From contig NW_002060943.1 in NCBI RefSeq assembly GCF_000150275.1, positions 5,662,008 to 5,726,007 on the forward strand: a stretch of DNA of 64,000 nucleotides, in the 5' to 3' direction. The notes beneath the pieces are model-generated. The model ran no database searches. It was given only the letters and a program-made list of their open reading frames with translations, and was not told where the DNA came from. This document shows positions 11,901 through 25,571 of the stretch, in pieces. Within the stretch, counting starts at the first letter, position 1. Every line of letters starts with the position of its first letter. The position numbers and the translations under genes are program-made. This DNA is from Trichoplax adhaerens. Its lineage: Eukaryota > Animalia > Placozoa.

Positions 11901-14318
11901 CTCTGTTTCATCAAAATATTATGAAATTTTCGTAGTTAGAAATTAATCTTTTATATTTAATAACTATCATTAGAATCATAGATAATCTTTATTATGACTG
12001 TAACAAATTGTGTGAGTTTGCAAGTCTGTAAATTACTCTTATGTTAATATAATACCAGATGTGAAATATTTAATTTTTAGATAATAGAAATTACTGTAAT
12101 TTTTAAATTAGTTTTTAGAATGACCATTGTGAGTATACAAAAATATATAGCTCACTGATAGAAGAGGAAATCTTCTCCATATTTTATATTAGTTCCAATG
12201 TACCAGAGCATCCGAATTACTGGTGGTAAGTCAGCCGTTAGTGGTCAGCCTCAGTTTTTATATCAAGGAAGATGGCATTCTGTTTGTCCGCTTGGTTGGA
12301 CAGAAAATGACGCCGATGTCTTTTGTAGGGAATTAGGTTTTGTCGGAGCTAAATCTATAGAAGGTCAGAAATTTACAAGTAATAATTTAATTTAAATTTC
12401 TTACTAATTCACTGGTGGATGAGAATACTCATTACACAACCTATAAAATTAAATGTTCAATTAGTCATCTTCAGTTTTAATAGCCATTAATTCCGTAACT
12501 AACCCTATAAGAAGCTTTATGTAGTTGAATTTATATAATTAAATTCATGTACCAGTATCTATTGAATTTGATTATAATAAAACCGATGAAAATTTATTTG
12601 CCAATGTATTGATAATAATAAGCTTTAAATTCTGCTTGCTATAATCTGTAGAATATATAGTGAAGATTGAAACTTGTTTCAGATTTCTTTCTTCGAATTT
12701 TAATTTTTCTAGCCAAAATTGATAAAGTAATTTCAAGGGCGATACTTTATTACAAGCTAAACTGTATCGGCAGTGAAGATTCCATTATGAATTGTCGATC
12801 CGATCTTGCTCAAAATCATAATCTTGCAAATAACTGCTATCATCCCAACAATCCCTCTGTAGCAATGGTTACGTGTCAAAAATCGGCAGGTATGGTTGTT
12901 ATCAAGGACATAAGAGTATATGTCCGTACCTAGTCTAAATTAAATATTAAGTAAAGCATGAAACTGATATTCTGGATTTCAATTATGAGTAGAGTTTAAA
13001 AAGGGCTGTGTTTTAGATAACTGTGCTTTATTCTAGTGAAGATAAACATATGTTTTTTAAATACCATGATATATTAGGAAATCCTTTATATTGTGATTTC
13101 TTAAATGGTTTATGCGACTGGAATCAAGTACAACAACACCATTCCATGAACTGGATTTGGAAAAATAAATGGAGAAAATTTCAAACCATGGATGATCTAA
13201 AATCGGGTATATATTTATATTTGGATATTTATTAATAGTAAAAATTCATTCCTTTTATTTTATACGGTGGAATAAATGACCAGTGTACCTGTAAATATTG
13301 AAATTAAGTTTCGATTTACTTTCTCAAGAGCTAAAAAAGGGCAACTTTACTTGAATAGGTCCTTACGTATTTGTCCAATTAGATCATGGTTATATAGGTG
13401 ATAAGGCAGTTTTACAGAGCCCTCTCCTTGCAAAGTATCAATCGACTAAAGCAACGGTATGCAAAGAGGACTAAAATTATTGATCAAGGCTTATATAAAT
13501 TAGTAAAGCTACTTTCAAGGGCGCATTGTTATGCACTTAAATATGTCTTGTACTATAACCTTTTATCTTTCATCTAGATATTAATATCGTATTATATGGA
13601 TGTCAGACCAGCTAAGCCTGCACTGACATTATTATCTACTAAAGTCTATTACCCAGTCGAAAATCAGCACGATACACTATGGTATTCTTATCCTAGGACT
13701 ACGAAGCGTTGGCTTTATAGCTCCATTATGTTTACGCCTCGATTCCAAAAATTTTATGTAAGTTTCTGTTTTACTAGATTACTATAACTTGTACAGCATA
13801 TCTATTTTTGGACTGAAGTTAGGCAATATAAATGACTTGAATTAATAAATTCGATCATGTAGGTATCAATACAAGTAGCCAAAGGTCCGGAATTATCTGG
13901 ATTCATAGGTTTAAGCAGAATTGAAATAGTTGGATGCGATATTTGTGAGTAACTTATACCTAAATGTGACCGATTATTTGCTGTACTGCTCATTCATAGC
14001 AGCATGTTAATCATATTTCTATCTTCTGACACTGCAACAGATCGTAATCGCACTCTTCTGAACCAAAATCGTAAGACTGTAAATTATGCTATACCAATTT
14101 TTTGCACCGCTGTTGTGATTATGGTATTACTTTTGGCAGCACTGACCCATGTGATAAAGAAAAAAAGCTATCAAAGACGATTAACATTAGATTTGCCTAG
14201 ACCTATTCGTAAAGGGAATGGAGGCGCATCTTGTAAACGAATTTCTGCAATAGCTTCACCAATTAAAAATCTGCATAATCGCAACTTCAATACTTCTGGC
14301 GAAACATCTAAAATATAA
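8907..14318 (+). CDS. Receptor paralogue 1: SP-LRRNT-LRRCT-SRCR-SRCR-MAM-TM-cytoplasmic tail (multi-exon)
   Basis: Phase-consistent GT-AG exons: 8907-9130 (signal peptide, CPTGCQC..IKC); 10655-10821 (ECNCEV..GSC..KC, LRRCT-like); 11363-11560 + 11700-11876 (SRCR1: LRLMNGG..GRLEV..WATVC..ADVACRQL / IW..DLQCSGNETDLLQC); 12193-12363 + 12713-12889 (SRCR2); 13078-13206, 13359-13456, 13578-13757, 13863-13944 (MAM: CDF..GLCDW..AVLQSP); 14041-14318 (TM AIPIFCTAVVIMVLLLAAL, ends ETSKI*). Confidence 0.85.
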
Positions 14319-17300
14319 TAATTTATAAATAATCTCAATTAATGTATTATAAACTTCAGTTTGCAGGTCTGCAGCCTTGTCTTTATTGTTAAGTAGTTAA
14401 ATTTCTGTGGCAAATATTCTACCCTCACTGAATTATACAAATTCGCCAAATATGCTATTTAATAATATTACTAATTCTTGACTGACATAGTCTTATACTG
14501 TAAAAATACAACCATTAAATTATGAATATCTAACCCATAGAAAGTGTGTTGTGAATCATTAGCAGCAATAACGGTTATAGGCTAGTAGGGCTACATGTAG
14601 AGAGTTCTTGATGGTCTATGAAGAAGTAAACCCGCTGTTAGAGGTATTGCAACTATTATTGCGGACACGGAGACCACACGAGATATGAACTGCTCGGTAG
14701 TTCTTTTAACAATGTTGCTGGTTCTTGACTAGCATAATCGTCTTCTAAGATTTAAGACAGCTCTAGTAGATATTCTATAATGCTATACGCCAAATGATAT
14801 TTTATGATCCTGTTACAACTTCCAAATTTTGTAATAAGTACTAGATCTGCACTCAGCAAGGAGACCCAGTAATTAAGTTGAAGAACTAACTTTACTGTTA
14901 AAATTATGAGTTTATATACTTTCTTTATTGTGACCTTTGATCTACTGGCGTAGATCACAAGATCATTACTAACAGAAAGGTTTCCCTAGTTTAGACATTA
15001 CAAATAGAATATCATACCGAGTATGGCAACATGAGAATACATATATATATAACCTTAATATAGTACCATAACTACATCTATATACGCATGACGTGACAAC
15101 ATCGTGATATTTAACCATATATAGAAAGAAGGTAACATACTAATTATGTAACTATCACAGAACGTGACAGATCCATAAAATACTCAAGGCATAACTTAAA
15201 TCTCTTTAAAAATACTAACAAGTCTAGTCTAATATAATTATTTGTATCTGACAATCTGCGGTTTTTAGAAATGCTTTCTATGATCTACAAGATAGTTAAG
15301 CTATAATGTAATCATTCTTTAGCATGTATGATCCTTGACTGGCGCCACATTTTTCAAGAAATCGAAGATAGCTTTCATAAGTTCTTTCATTATATGAATG
15401 TAATATATTTAATGCACCGGTATTCTGCAATCTATTGGCAATTTTATGCCTATTTGCAAATATTTTAAGATAGCTCTGAAAATATTTTGTGATATTCTGG
15501 TTTCTATTGCGTTTTCACTAGAATTATAACTTAAAAATCTGGAAGTAAAATAAAGCATGGTCTGAGCTTTTAATTAAATAACATTGAAATTTTGAAGCTA
15601 ACGATGAGGTATTTCATAAAGGATTCAGCTCAATTTAGACTATATTCTGTAATATATTTAGTTATTGCCGTACGTTTACTGATTTATGAGCTACTGTATG
15701 TAAAGTATGACCTGAATTTTTAAGCCGCATTGTAATAAAAGTGTCATACAATAAATGTTTTAGTCAAATGATATTTTCTAAACCGCTTCTATTACAAGGT
15801 TTTAGTAATAGTAGAGCTATAATTAATCACTACAAGAATCTAGTCTATAATCTAAAGTATTCTGAGCTCAAAGCGAAGTGAAATCTCTTTTGTCTCTTTG
15901 AGCTCATCTCTGCAGTTCTGAAATGCTTTTCGCTAAATCCATTTACGACAACTTAACTAATCTACAATCAGACCTGAGTCATCAAACAGAACATTTTTTC
16001 TCAAGTAGAACATCATTATCTTCTACAATCTGAATGATTCTGCTTAAGACATCACTACTCTTCTATTAATGTCCATCACCTTTCGGTGTTGGATATCTTC
16101 ACAATTACTATGTTTCTAGTCACATGAATCTGGTATTATAATTAGTCAGCCGGCTAATATCAGTCATCAAGAATTTCTAATATAGTAGTTATCAATCATC
16201 TAATATTAGCTTCACGATAACATCTACTCTTAGTAACCTAACTATATCAAATATAGCTGTTAACACAAACAAATAAAGCTATCCTTATAATCAAATATGG
16301 AATGCATCACTATTGACATAAGTTTTGAGGGCTATTAGCTAACATAATTATTCATAATGTGTTCAAGACAGGTAACTATAAATCTATCCTGCTTGAATTT
16401 CTTATCGAAATATAAATTAAATTTCTGGCTAGCAAAAGCATTGCATCGGTGTATGTCACCTATAGAATAATCGATTACTATTGTTGAAGTATGATACATT
16501 TTCTTATTTATTACGTACTAGAGTTTGTGAAATTTTATGATATTTAACTTTTCAATTCAGAATTATGTCAGGCATTTCTATAATTTAAAAATTTAATAGG
16601 CAAAATTGGAACTAAAATAACTCTATAAAAGCTAATTACAGTACTTAAATGCTAAACGTATTATATTTCGGTTATAAAAGTTTGGAGTTATCCGGCACTA
16701 AAGAAAGTAATTTAATTATTTATTGTCAATATGTTATGATATCTAGGATGTAACTTCAATAGAAACATTCGTTACATTAAACTTAATTCCGAACATTTAA
16801 AATACTACAAGGATCAACTTAAACAATTGTAAAATAGCAAGAAAACGATACTTTTAGATATATTCTATACTGAACCGTGAAAAAGTGAGCTGCAATTATA
16901 TCTATAAATTATATATTAATTATAGATTTTAATATTTACAAAAATCCTTATTACAGATGCATGATATAGCCAACCCTTAGTATCTGCCTACATATCATAA
17001 CGGAATGATATCTCGACATTTATAATGTCTGCAATGCAAAATAAGAAAACAGCGGCCGTTCATACCTTAAAGATATCAGTAAACAATAAAGTGTTGTCAC
17101 ACAATAGATAAATGAATTAGTTTTTAAAGTCAGACAAGCTCAAAAAAACGAAACGTCTCAATAACAACAAACTTGTCGCCTAAGCTTGAAGTAATGCGCT
17201 GGAGGTATTAATGAATGAATAAATATAAGCGTAAAGCCATAACATATTAATCAACAGCATATTAATTTTATTATTGTCGATCGCTGGATGTCAGACTGCT

Positions 17301-17759
17301 TCGCTAAAGGAACTATCAAAATGAATACGTATGCTATAATACCAGCTAGATTTTTTATCAGAGGCGTCATTTTACTATTTAACTAATGTTCATAACACAA
17401 AAATTCATATCCCTAAACCCCCAATATTGCGATATTAGAAACGCAAAGATATAAACGCAAGATACGTATATCATATTATATATTTTAAAAGTATTGCTTA
17501 TTAGGCATTGTTAATCTTTAGAAATACATTCAAAGGATAAATGAATTATTAAGTTGACGTAAACAAATTAAGTATCGTGAAATCTTAAATTATTTAGGAT
17601 ATTATCGACAATTTTAGAAGACCAGAAGAAAGTTACAAGCGGTGATTAAGCTGCAAGTAATACTTTAATGTTTGATCTGAAAATTTTAGCAGTAGTTGGT
17701 TTCTAAAATGTCTCTTCCATTATGATTGGATGTAATTGACGTTCGAAAACACTTTAATT

Positions 17760-20700
17760 TCAAACTTCCGCGGTCAAACTTTCCCTAGATCTTACAGTAT
17801 TAGGAGATATTATAGACCTATCTGCTGTTCCATTTCTGGGACATGAACGAACTTGTTCTCGTTCCATATTATCATTGATTCTATTTGTAGTCAATTCGTC
17901 GGGAATGATATCATGTTCAGTGGGACTTTCGTCTTCAGGTGGTACAATCTGATCGTAGGTAGGCGGGTTCTCGTCTGTAATTATCATAGAAATAGTGCCA
18001 ACTTAGAAATGGTGGCATAACTCACAAAGAAGATTCTATTTGATTCAGCCGTTACCTGCTATTGTTCGTAACGGTTTCTTCTTACAAATTTGACAGATCA
18101 TCAACAGGATGCAACCTAGTATCAAAGCAGTTGCAACAGTTGCACGTATACACTTACGTACAAAGGGCTCTTTTCAAAAGACGAATATATGATTACATCA
18201 CAGTTTTAAATTTGATCATTTTTTCTGTACTAAGACCTACACTGTGTCTAAATGAATTTTACTTTTCCTCACCTGGTGTAATACCAACAATAGAAATGTC
18301 ATCTAATCCTACGATCACACTTTCAGAAGACGTTTTCATAACAACGAAGCTAATCTAAATTGTGAATATTGTTGCATTATGCATAGAAAATTAGCCAAAA
18401 TTACTAAAGTAATTAATTTTGTATGAATACTTCGCTTTAAAATTTAAGATAAATTAAACATTTTGTGATTTATCATACCGTAAATGTTTTTACTGAGGGC
18501 AGTACTTCCGTATATACGGAAATCCATGCACCGTTGGTATCATGACTCATTTTCTTAATTATTTTGTTGTTTTCATCAACCTTGAGGGTAAGAACACTTC
18601 CGCTACTTGATAGGTAATATTTAAATCTTATCTACGAAATCATGGGAGAAACTAAATTACTTACTCAAATATATATTCAACAGTTATACATAAGCTACTT
18701 ATAATTCTTGAAGGACTCTAATTACTTCCAAATATCATAGTTCTTTAACCACGTTACTACAGTTTTCATTATTGCACGTATTTCCGTAATAATATTTATG
18801 CTGCTAATAGTACTACCCAATAGTCAATATTAGTTACCGTAACGATCGAACTTTGGAAACTTTGTTGAGGGCTACGAAGGATAGCTTTGTCAAGGTAAAA
18901 GCCATTCCTTGTCGATACAACTATACTTGGGTCTATAAATCAAACGCAATGACTTTTAATGTAATTTGTAGGATAAAAATTGCAGGTAAATTTCAAAGAG
19001 AATTAACACACCAAAATCGATGAAAGAAATCTTAACATACCACTTTTTTTAAAGTTTGTACCAGGAAAAATATAGTTGCTTTGCCAAGTCCAATCCATCC
19101 TCAGATTTCTTTGCGGCTGAGACCAGCCGCAAAAGCCCTTATCAAATTTGCAAGAAGTGGTATTCCCACTTGATTGTTCACATGCAACAACAGCCACAGA
19201 TTGCGGGTTATTACAAATGTAGCTACCATTAGTATTACGCAAGCTTGGGCAATGTTCTATTGATGATTCTAAACCAGTGCAGTTGTATGACGCTACTTGA
19301 TAGCTACTTTGAGGATTGAGTGGAGAACCTAGATTATTTATAAAGTAATAATCTCAATTGAGATAAAAAATAAAAAAAATTAGAAAGCCTATGCTCTATA
19401 CGCTTTACCAGGATAGTGACGAGATGATACATAATATCCCATTTGGCGACAAAGAACGTTTGCTGTATTATTACTAAGATTTTCCGCACACATATAACCC
19501 CAAACTCCATGTGCTTTAATTTCTACGACACCGGACAAGTAATTGGATAACTGAACCGACTCTGTTATTTGCATTTGAGTTCCTAGAGATTTCGTAGTAG
19601 TACGTAAAGGATAGGAAGCTAAAGGAAAACATAATTAAAACGATTAAAATGCATTTAAAGAAATAAAACTTTAAACGATAACATTATTTAGCAAACATTT
19701 ATTTTAAGATAAACATAAGACTTTCTATTTAATTGGGGCCAAATATTTAAAATAAGTGTGCTTTAGCTCTAGTAGATGATGTAGGATTGTTTGTTTTTTA
19801 GTTCTTTCATTTAAATAATCCAGGAACTTAGGAATACCTAACTAGAACAGCTTCAAAAATTCTACAGTAAAGAATGTAGATACTACCGATCATTCTAAAG
19901 GATGTGCAGTACATAAAATCCTAGCACATTAACCAATAATTAATTGTAGTGGCCAATATATAGGAAGGCTTACAAATTAAAATAATGACTACATTGCCCT
20001 ATTTATATTAGTAGACCCAGCCGATTATACCAATTTCATGGCACAGCATTTTTACAAATTCAATATAATTTTATAATAATTAAGAACTTCATTCCTAAGA
20101 AAACGTTATAAATTGCTGGCAATCAGCAGCATTTGTATGTGTACATACTCGTTGTAGATCCTCCATAGCAAGAAGGAATATTGCAATACTCCGATACTTT
20201 CTGTGAATTAGTTGTATAACACCACGGCCTAGAGCTTTTTCCACCAGGATTTCGACAGTAATTATACGATAAGTCATCATCTGGATATTTTGAAGGTGAA
20301 TAGCTATGATTATGTGGGGAATTCGACTTCCATTGCTGACAATTGTAGCCGCTAATCGTTTTCGTAATGCTACCTCTATAGTAAACTCCATTACCAGTAT
20401 AACAATTTACTTCTATTATGATAATAAAAAATTTTCGTTAAAGGAATTTGAGGTTTCAAAATTCGATAAATTTCCGAACTTACCGTACGGCGCAATTAAG
20501 ATATAGTCAACTTCAATTTGCCCACCATGTCCTCTTCCCAAAACACCATCAAGAATAATCTATTGACCAAAACAATTATCACTAGTGAGCATGAGAGTTT
20601 CTACATTTATTGACTAATGCATAAGTTAGCTTAACTTGCTTTAAGTATTTATGCTTAATACACTTAGGGCTCCTACAAAATTTAGTAATAAAAATCATAC

Positions 20701-23700
20701 TCGAGTTCTGCGTTGTCGCGGCGTAAAATGGAAATCAGCTTTACGCCAACTACTTGCACTTGATTTCGTAGTTGTTAACCAAACATCTTTATATTGATTA
20801 GTGTACAGGCCTGAGAATATAGCTAATTCATCAACGCCACTTCCGTAAAGCTTAAAATACATTAAAACCTGAATAAATTCCATAAAAAAGATGACACGAA
20901 TCATGTTAGAGGTTCCAAATAATCTACTCTACAAAGAAATCGATAATGAACTGACACATACGTATACGCGTACGTTTATCATGTGATCATTAAAATATAT
21001 GATGGTGAAAACATAACAGTAGTGACTCTACCACATACGTGTATAGCGTAATACGTAAAGAAATTGCTTTTATAAGATTCGAAAGCCGTATAAATTTTAA
21101 GATTAGCATTATCGTATTTTAAAGATATAATGCTATCTAATGTAGTTGGATCGTTATACTTTCGACAAAGCCTCATAATTTATATAATAATAAATTAAAT
21201 CCATTTAAACGATTTCTAATATGTTACTGAAGCATCCAAAGCTGTATCACTAAATTCTTAGTTCAGCATGAGTGATAATTCTAAAATTTTAATATAAATT
21301 TTATTAAGCTAGCAATTCTACAGTTGAGAATTTGAGAAAGTGTGTAAAATATGAGAGATTAGCCTAAAAACTAACTCGAAATTCTTGGACATTATTCGGC
21401 AATTCTACGACAGGAGAAAGCAGTTGAGCGAAATGATTGCTAAGAGATTGAGAACTAGCAAGGTAAGCGTAATGGCCTAAATAGAAATTAGAATAAAAAT
21501 AAATACGATGCAAGATATTAAAAGATTACTACAGTATAAAATTATTTTTAAGTTGCGACATAGAATTATAATAAAATATAGGACCTGTAGTTCCATCGTG
21601 TTTTGTCCCAGATACCCTAGCCCAGTCAAGATCGTCGCTACTCTTTTCTTGACTGAATTTACAAAAATTTGAGCGGAAATCGCAAGCAGCAGCGATGGTA
21701 CCTAAATAGTAATAAATGATTAAGAATAACTTAATAGAGTTCATAGTTAAGAATACACTCGTATATCGAATGTGGCTATCACGCGGTTTCTATTTCCAGA
21801 AAAAGAAGATGTTTACTGTACGAAGAGTAATTAGGTTAGATGTTTAAATTTGAGTAGCTATCAATATAGCATTACATAGGCTATCAGAAATAGGCATAAC
21901 ACTTTATATCTACTGTCACTAAAACCGCATACCAGCTAATTATTTATGTGGAAGACAAGACAATTACTGCAGTTCAAGGTTTTCTTTCCATTGTGTCGCA
22001 AGCATGTGCGATCGTATCTTTTACTGGCACAATATATTAATCAATTTCAATTGTACATGATATGCATATTAAAGCCAAACCTGCTCTTTTGGATCGATGC
22101 AATCTCAGGTAATCTTCTATTAGTAGAACGAGACATTAGAATAAAATATTAATAATTTTTATAGGAAGGAAGCTGAAAGCTACAACGAAATGTTATAACC
22201 GAAATCTTCTTTCAAAGTAATTTATATTTGTACAAAATCATCAAAAGCTGAAAGAGCCAAACGATGCACTGTAAAATCTAATTTGTTTTACTATCCTAAT
22301 GCAATAAACAAGTAACGTCAATTTTACATGGGAGATATTGTGTGAAAGAAATTATTAATCATGTCATATTGCTTGCCAACCTGAATCAATCTTTCTACAA
22401 CGCAGATCAGACTTTCTCAATAACTGCAAGTTTAATAGTTGATTTTCCGATAATCTACATCTTCCAATTAATGAGTGAGACGGCTGATTTTTCCACTCGA
22501 CTATCCGTTGTAATTTGCAATCGTGGCAATCCAACGTGGTATCTTTTAATATTCTATGTCAGTTAGAAATGATTTATTCTTAGCCAAGAATATTTAAAAC
22601 ATTAAAAGATAAATATTACGATAACTATCAGCTTAGCAAATCACTGAATTTGAATCTCGGAGTTATCTGAATATAAATCCAAACTACTGATAGCATCATG
22701 TGATTTATGGTATACATTAATAGTAAATTGAAATATCTGTCTTGAAAATTTTGATGTGTTCGGTATGCATGACATGCATTAAGTAATGACTTTTTTTCAT
22801 TGCTCAGCGAAAGCTCGTCTTCAATTCAAGTTACCTTTATCATGGTATTACGTTAGGGATCAGACAAGTATGTTACTGTCAATAAGCAACCATAATAAAG
22901 AATTTGAATTTAAGATTTGTTTACGATGATGACAGCATTTACATAATGTGCTTATAATGCTAGTAATTATGAAAAGAAATGGGTATATCTAATAATCTTA
23001 TGTTATTGTTGTTTGAGTCTTTGTATAGTATTTTGTAAGTAATTTTACGTTGCTAACTTTTGATAACAAATAGTGTCACTGAGCCAACCTTTTCAAGTAT
23101 ACGGAAAAGGAAAATGAGACTAGAGCCAGTTTGTGAAATGCATTAATTTCTAGTTTCATTTCATCGGACTCTACTTTATTGTACATTTTATTTCACCAAG
23201 GACTATTCTAAAACCTGAGTATTTTAGACCATGCTCAATCATTCTAAACTAAGATTATTATTAACAAACAAACTAGCGACTACAAATGAGATAGAATGGC
23301 CTACTGGAAATTATAGAATAATCGGTAATAATGTTAAATTAGCACCATGAAAACCTTTTACTTTATCTGTAAGCTATAGATACTGAAGGCAATCATTTTT
23401 CTTAAAACATATCAAAACCGTTACTCATTGAGATTTTTGTTCACGCAGACATCGTTGTGAGGAAAATTGTACGCTAGTATATAGGATCATTAATAATAAT
23501 ATTGCATAAACAAACCGAGAACCTGATCAAAATAGTGGTAGCAACGTGTGATATAGAGATCTAAGAGTGCGAAAATCAAGTGGAAGGTTAAAAGAGGTTT
23601 TTCGTTTTTGTGTAGTCAGCAGTAAAACAAAAAGTAAATGAATGAAACGGAAGGCGATTTGAATACATCGAATTCGAGCAGTCTTTCATGTGATATTGGA

Positions 23701-24876
23701 GAACAATTTAAAACTCGACAATATTTCAATCAGGTATGTTTTACTGGCACTAATACCGGTATACTGTACCGAGTATAGTACTGCATGAAGAAGCGCAATT
23801 CTTCTTGATGGCTTTCGCAGTAACCGCGTTTGCAAAGAAATAAAATCATTCGAGTGCAGGATACACCAAAGCACGTTATATTCTGCAAAATTGCATTACA
23901 ATGCTTGCACTATGACAGGAGTTTCAGGATAGCCAGCTCATAACCAATTACTTCTATGTGGACTATACATTAATAAACTGCTACAGATAACTTAGCACCA
24001 AGTCGTAAGTGCCAACCGGCAGAAAGAATGGCAGATACATACTGTAATAACCTGTACAAGATCTAAGATCTAGTAGAGTAATACACCTGTGGAAATTGAA
24101 GGGTACTTATTTGACTATCTAGGATAAAAGCAGATTTGACATCATGAACGCATTTTACTAGATGTAAGATGCTGCCTTGATAAGATTTTGAAAGAATAAA
24201 TAACGCGTTACGCTTGTAAGAGCAAGACATTTTTACTCGATGACAATCTAATAACACAGTTCATGTCAACTATTCCGGTATACTGTACATAAAGTCGATG
24301 TTATTGTACTATCATTCATGATTTGTTGTCCATTTTCACATACTGTACACATTAACTGATTGGAATTAAATCAGAAAACAAGATTGATGATGCCAAAAAG
24401 TCATCAAATGATTGAATTAGCTGTAAAGTTGTAGCAGTCTTAGTTTCACTTGTTTAAAAACATGATTTGTTCATTGTTATGATGATATTACGTGTACAGT
24501 ATTAAGATATAGTACGGTTGAAGAAAGGAAATGTGCCGTTATCGCTGATAAGACAGTATAGCTAGCGCGTAAAAGTTATCAATAGACGAAATAGAACTAT
24601 ATAATGAAATTCAAACATAAGCAGGAAGACTACTGAAGAGAGAAGAGTGAACATCACTTACATTTGATTAAACCCAGTCCATTCATTCTTCTTCCGTAAT
24701 GCAGCATCCAAGGTATCACACAGTAAAACTTGATTACCATGATTTTGGCATCGTTGATGTTGTGAATTTCTATCCAATGCATCATTCGTAATACTAAACT
24801 TGTTACAATATTTGCCAGTTAGATTGGCAAGTAGAACTGCTAGAATAACAACAAAGTGGCGTATCATCTTTCTCAT
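17760..24876 (-). CDS. Receptor paralogue 2: SP-degenerate LRRNT-LRRCT-MAM-kringle-SRCR-MAM-TM-PPxY tail (multi-exon)
   Basis: Minus-strand exons: 24876-24662 (signal peptide, ends phase 2); 22553-22381 (ILKDTTLDCHDCKLQRIVEW..GRC..DLRC, LRRCT); 21701-21585, 21476-21376, 20868-20701, 20559-20484 (MAM1); 20412-20149 (kringle: CYTGNGVYYRG..CQQW..NYCRNPGG..PWCYT..EYCNIPSC, not in the ORF track); 19618-19409 and 19328-19041 (SRCR running into MAM2); 18932-18838, 18631-18479, 18354-18273 (MAM2); 18169-18056 (TM); 17974-17760 (DENPPTYDQIV..TAEV*). Confidence 0.85.
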
Positions 24877-25290
24877 TTTATGCAAATATGCAAATCATCG
24901 TTGACCAACGTAGTTTTAAAGTTTACACGAAGCAATAGTAATACTGTACACAATTGAAAAGGAGGGCGAAAGTCTTATCGAAAGTACTTGATAAATCAAC
25001 TATTACTGGATCATAAGTACTGTATATGTGGATCACTTATTACACAAGATAGCTATTTAACGCTAGGGATTAGTAATGACTATGATGCTTTCTATATTGC
25101 AAGATAATACAGCCAAGTGTTGCACAGATTTCCTTGAATTTGATAACCGGCCGAGCGGATTTGATGAGAAAGCTTGATTTGCAACGCAAGGTATGTTAAA
25201 GTCAATTTAGCTAACGCTGGGCTATCAGTTTGTACTCATTTGACCGGAAATTTGGACTTCACCAGCACCGACGGAAGTACAGTCTAGGTT

Positions 25291-25313
25291 GTACCGTACC
25301 GTACCGTACCGTA
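25291..25313. repeat. (GTACC)4 pentanucleotide microsatellite
   Basis: gtaccgtaccgtaccgtaccgta read directly. Confidence 0.9.
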
Positions 25314-25511
25314 TCAGGACAACTAAAAGAGAAACCATGGAGGGACGGACGGTCAACCTTTTCATCATAATTGATCATTTTGAATATAGCAACTAGCAAG
25401 TACTATCCAAATTTTGGATGGTCATTTCGCTATATCGAATAGGTACTGTGTACACTGTATATATAGTACACACTCTTTACACGACGTTTGAATGAAACAA
25501 GACCGTTGAAC

Positions 25512-25571
25512 CATGGACTTCTCCATAAAAAATCCATTTTTATAAATGGATTTTCCATGGAGAAGTCCCTG
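25512..25571. repeat. 60-bp near-perfect inverted repeat (hairpin)
   Basis: Arms 25512-25539 and 25544-25571 match at 25 of 28 positions by manual alignment, with a 4-nt loop. Confidence 0.85.

Noticed and set aside
15863-15906. 11-bp stem hairpin tgagctcaaag...ctttgagctca
   Set aside because: Isolated and short, with no supporting context. Bacterial-type terminators are not expected here.
20095-20391. 98-aa ORF from the track (and similar overlapping ORFs at 28616-29226, 39360-39632, 18062-18358)
   Set aside because: These are off-frame or antisense shadows of real exons (kringle, ADAM10, MAM/TM).
25147-25225. tRNA-like start GGCCGAGCGG
   Set aside because: No T-arm (GTTCRA) and no acceptor-stem pairing.
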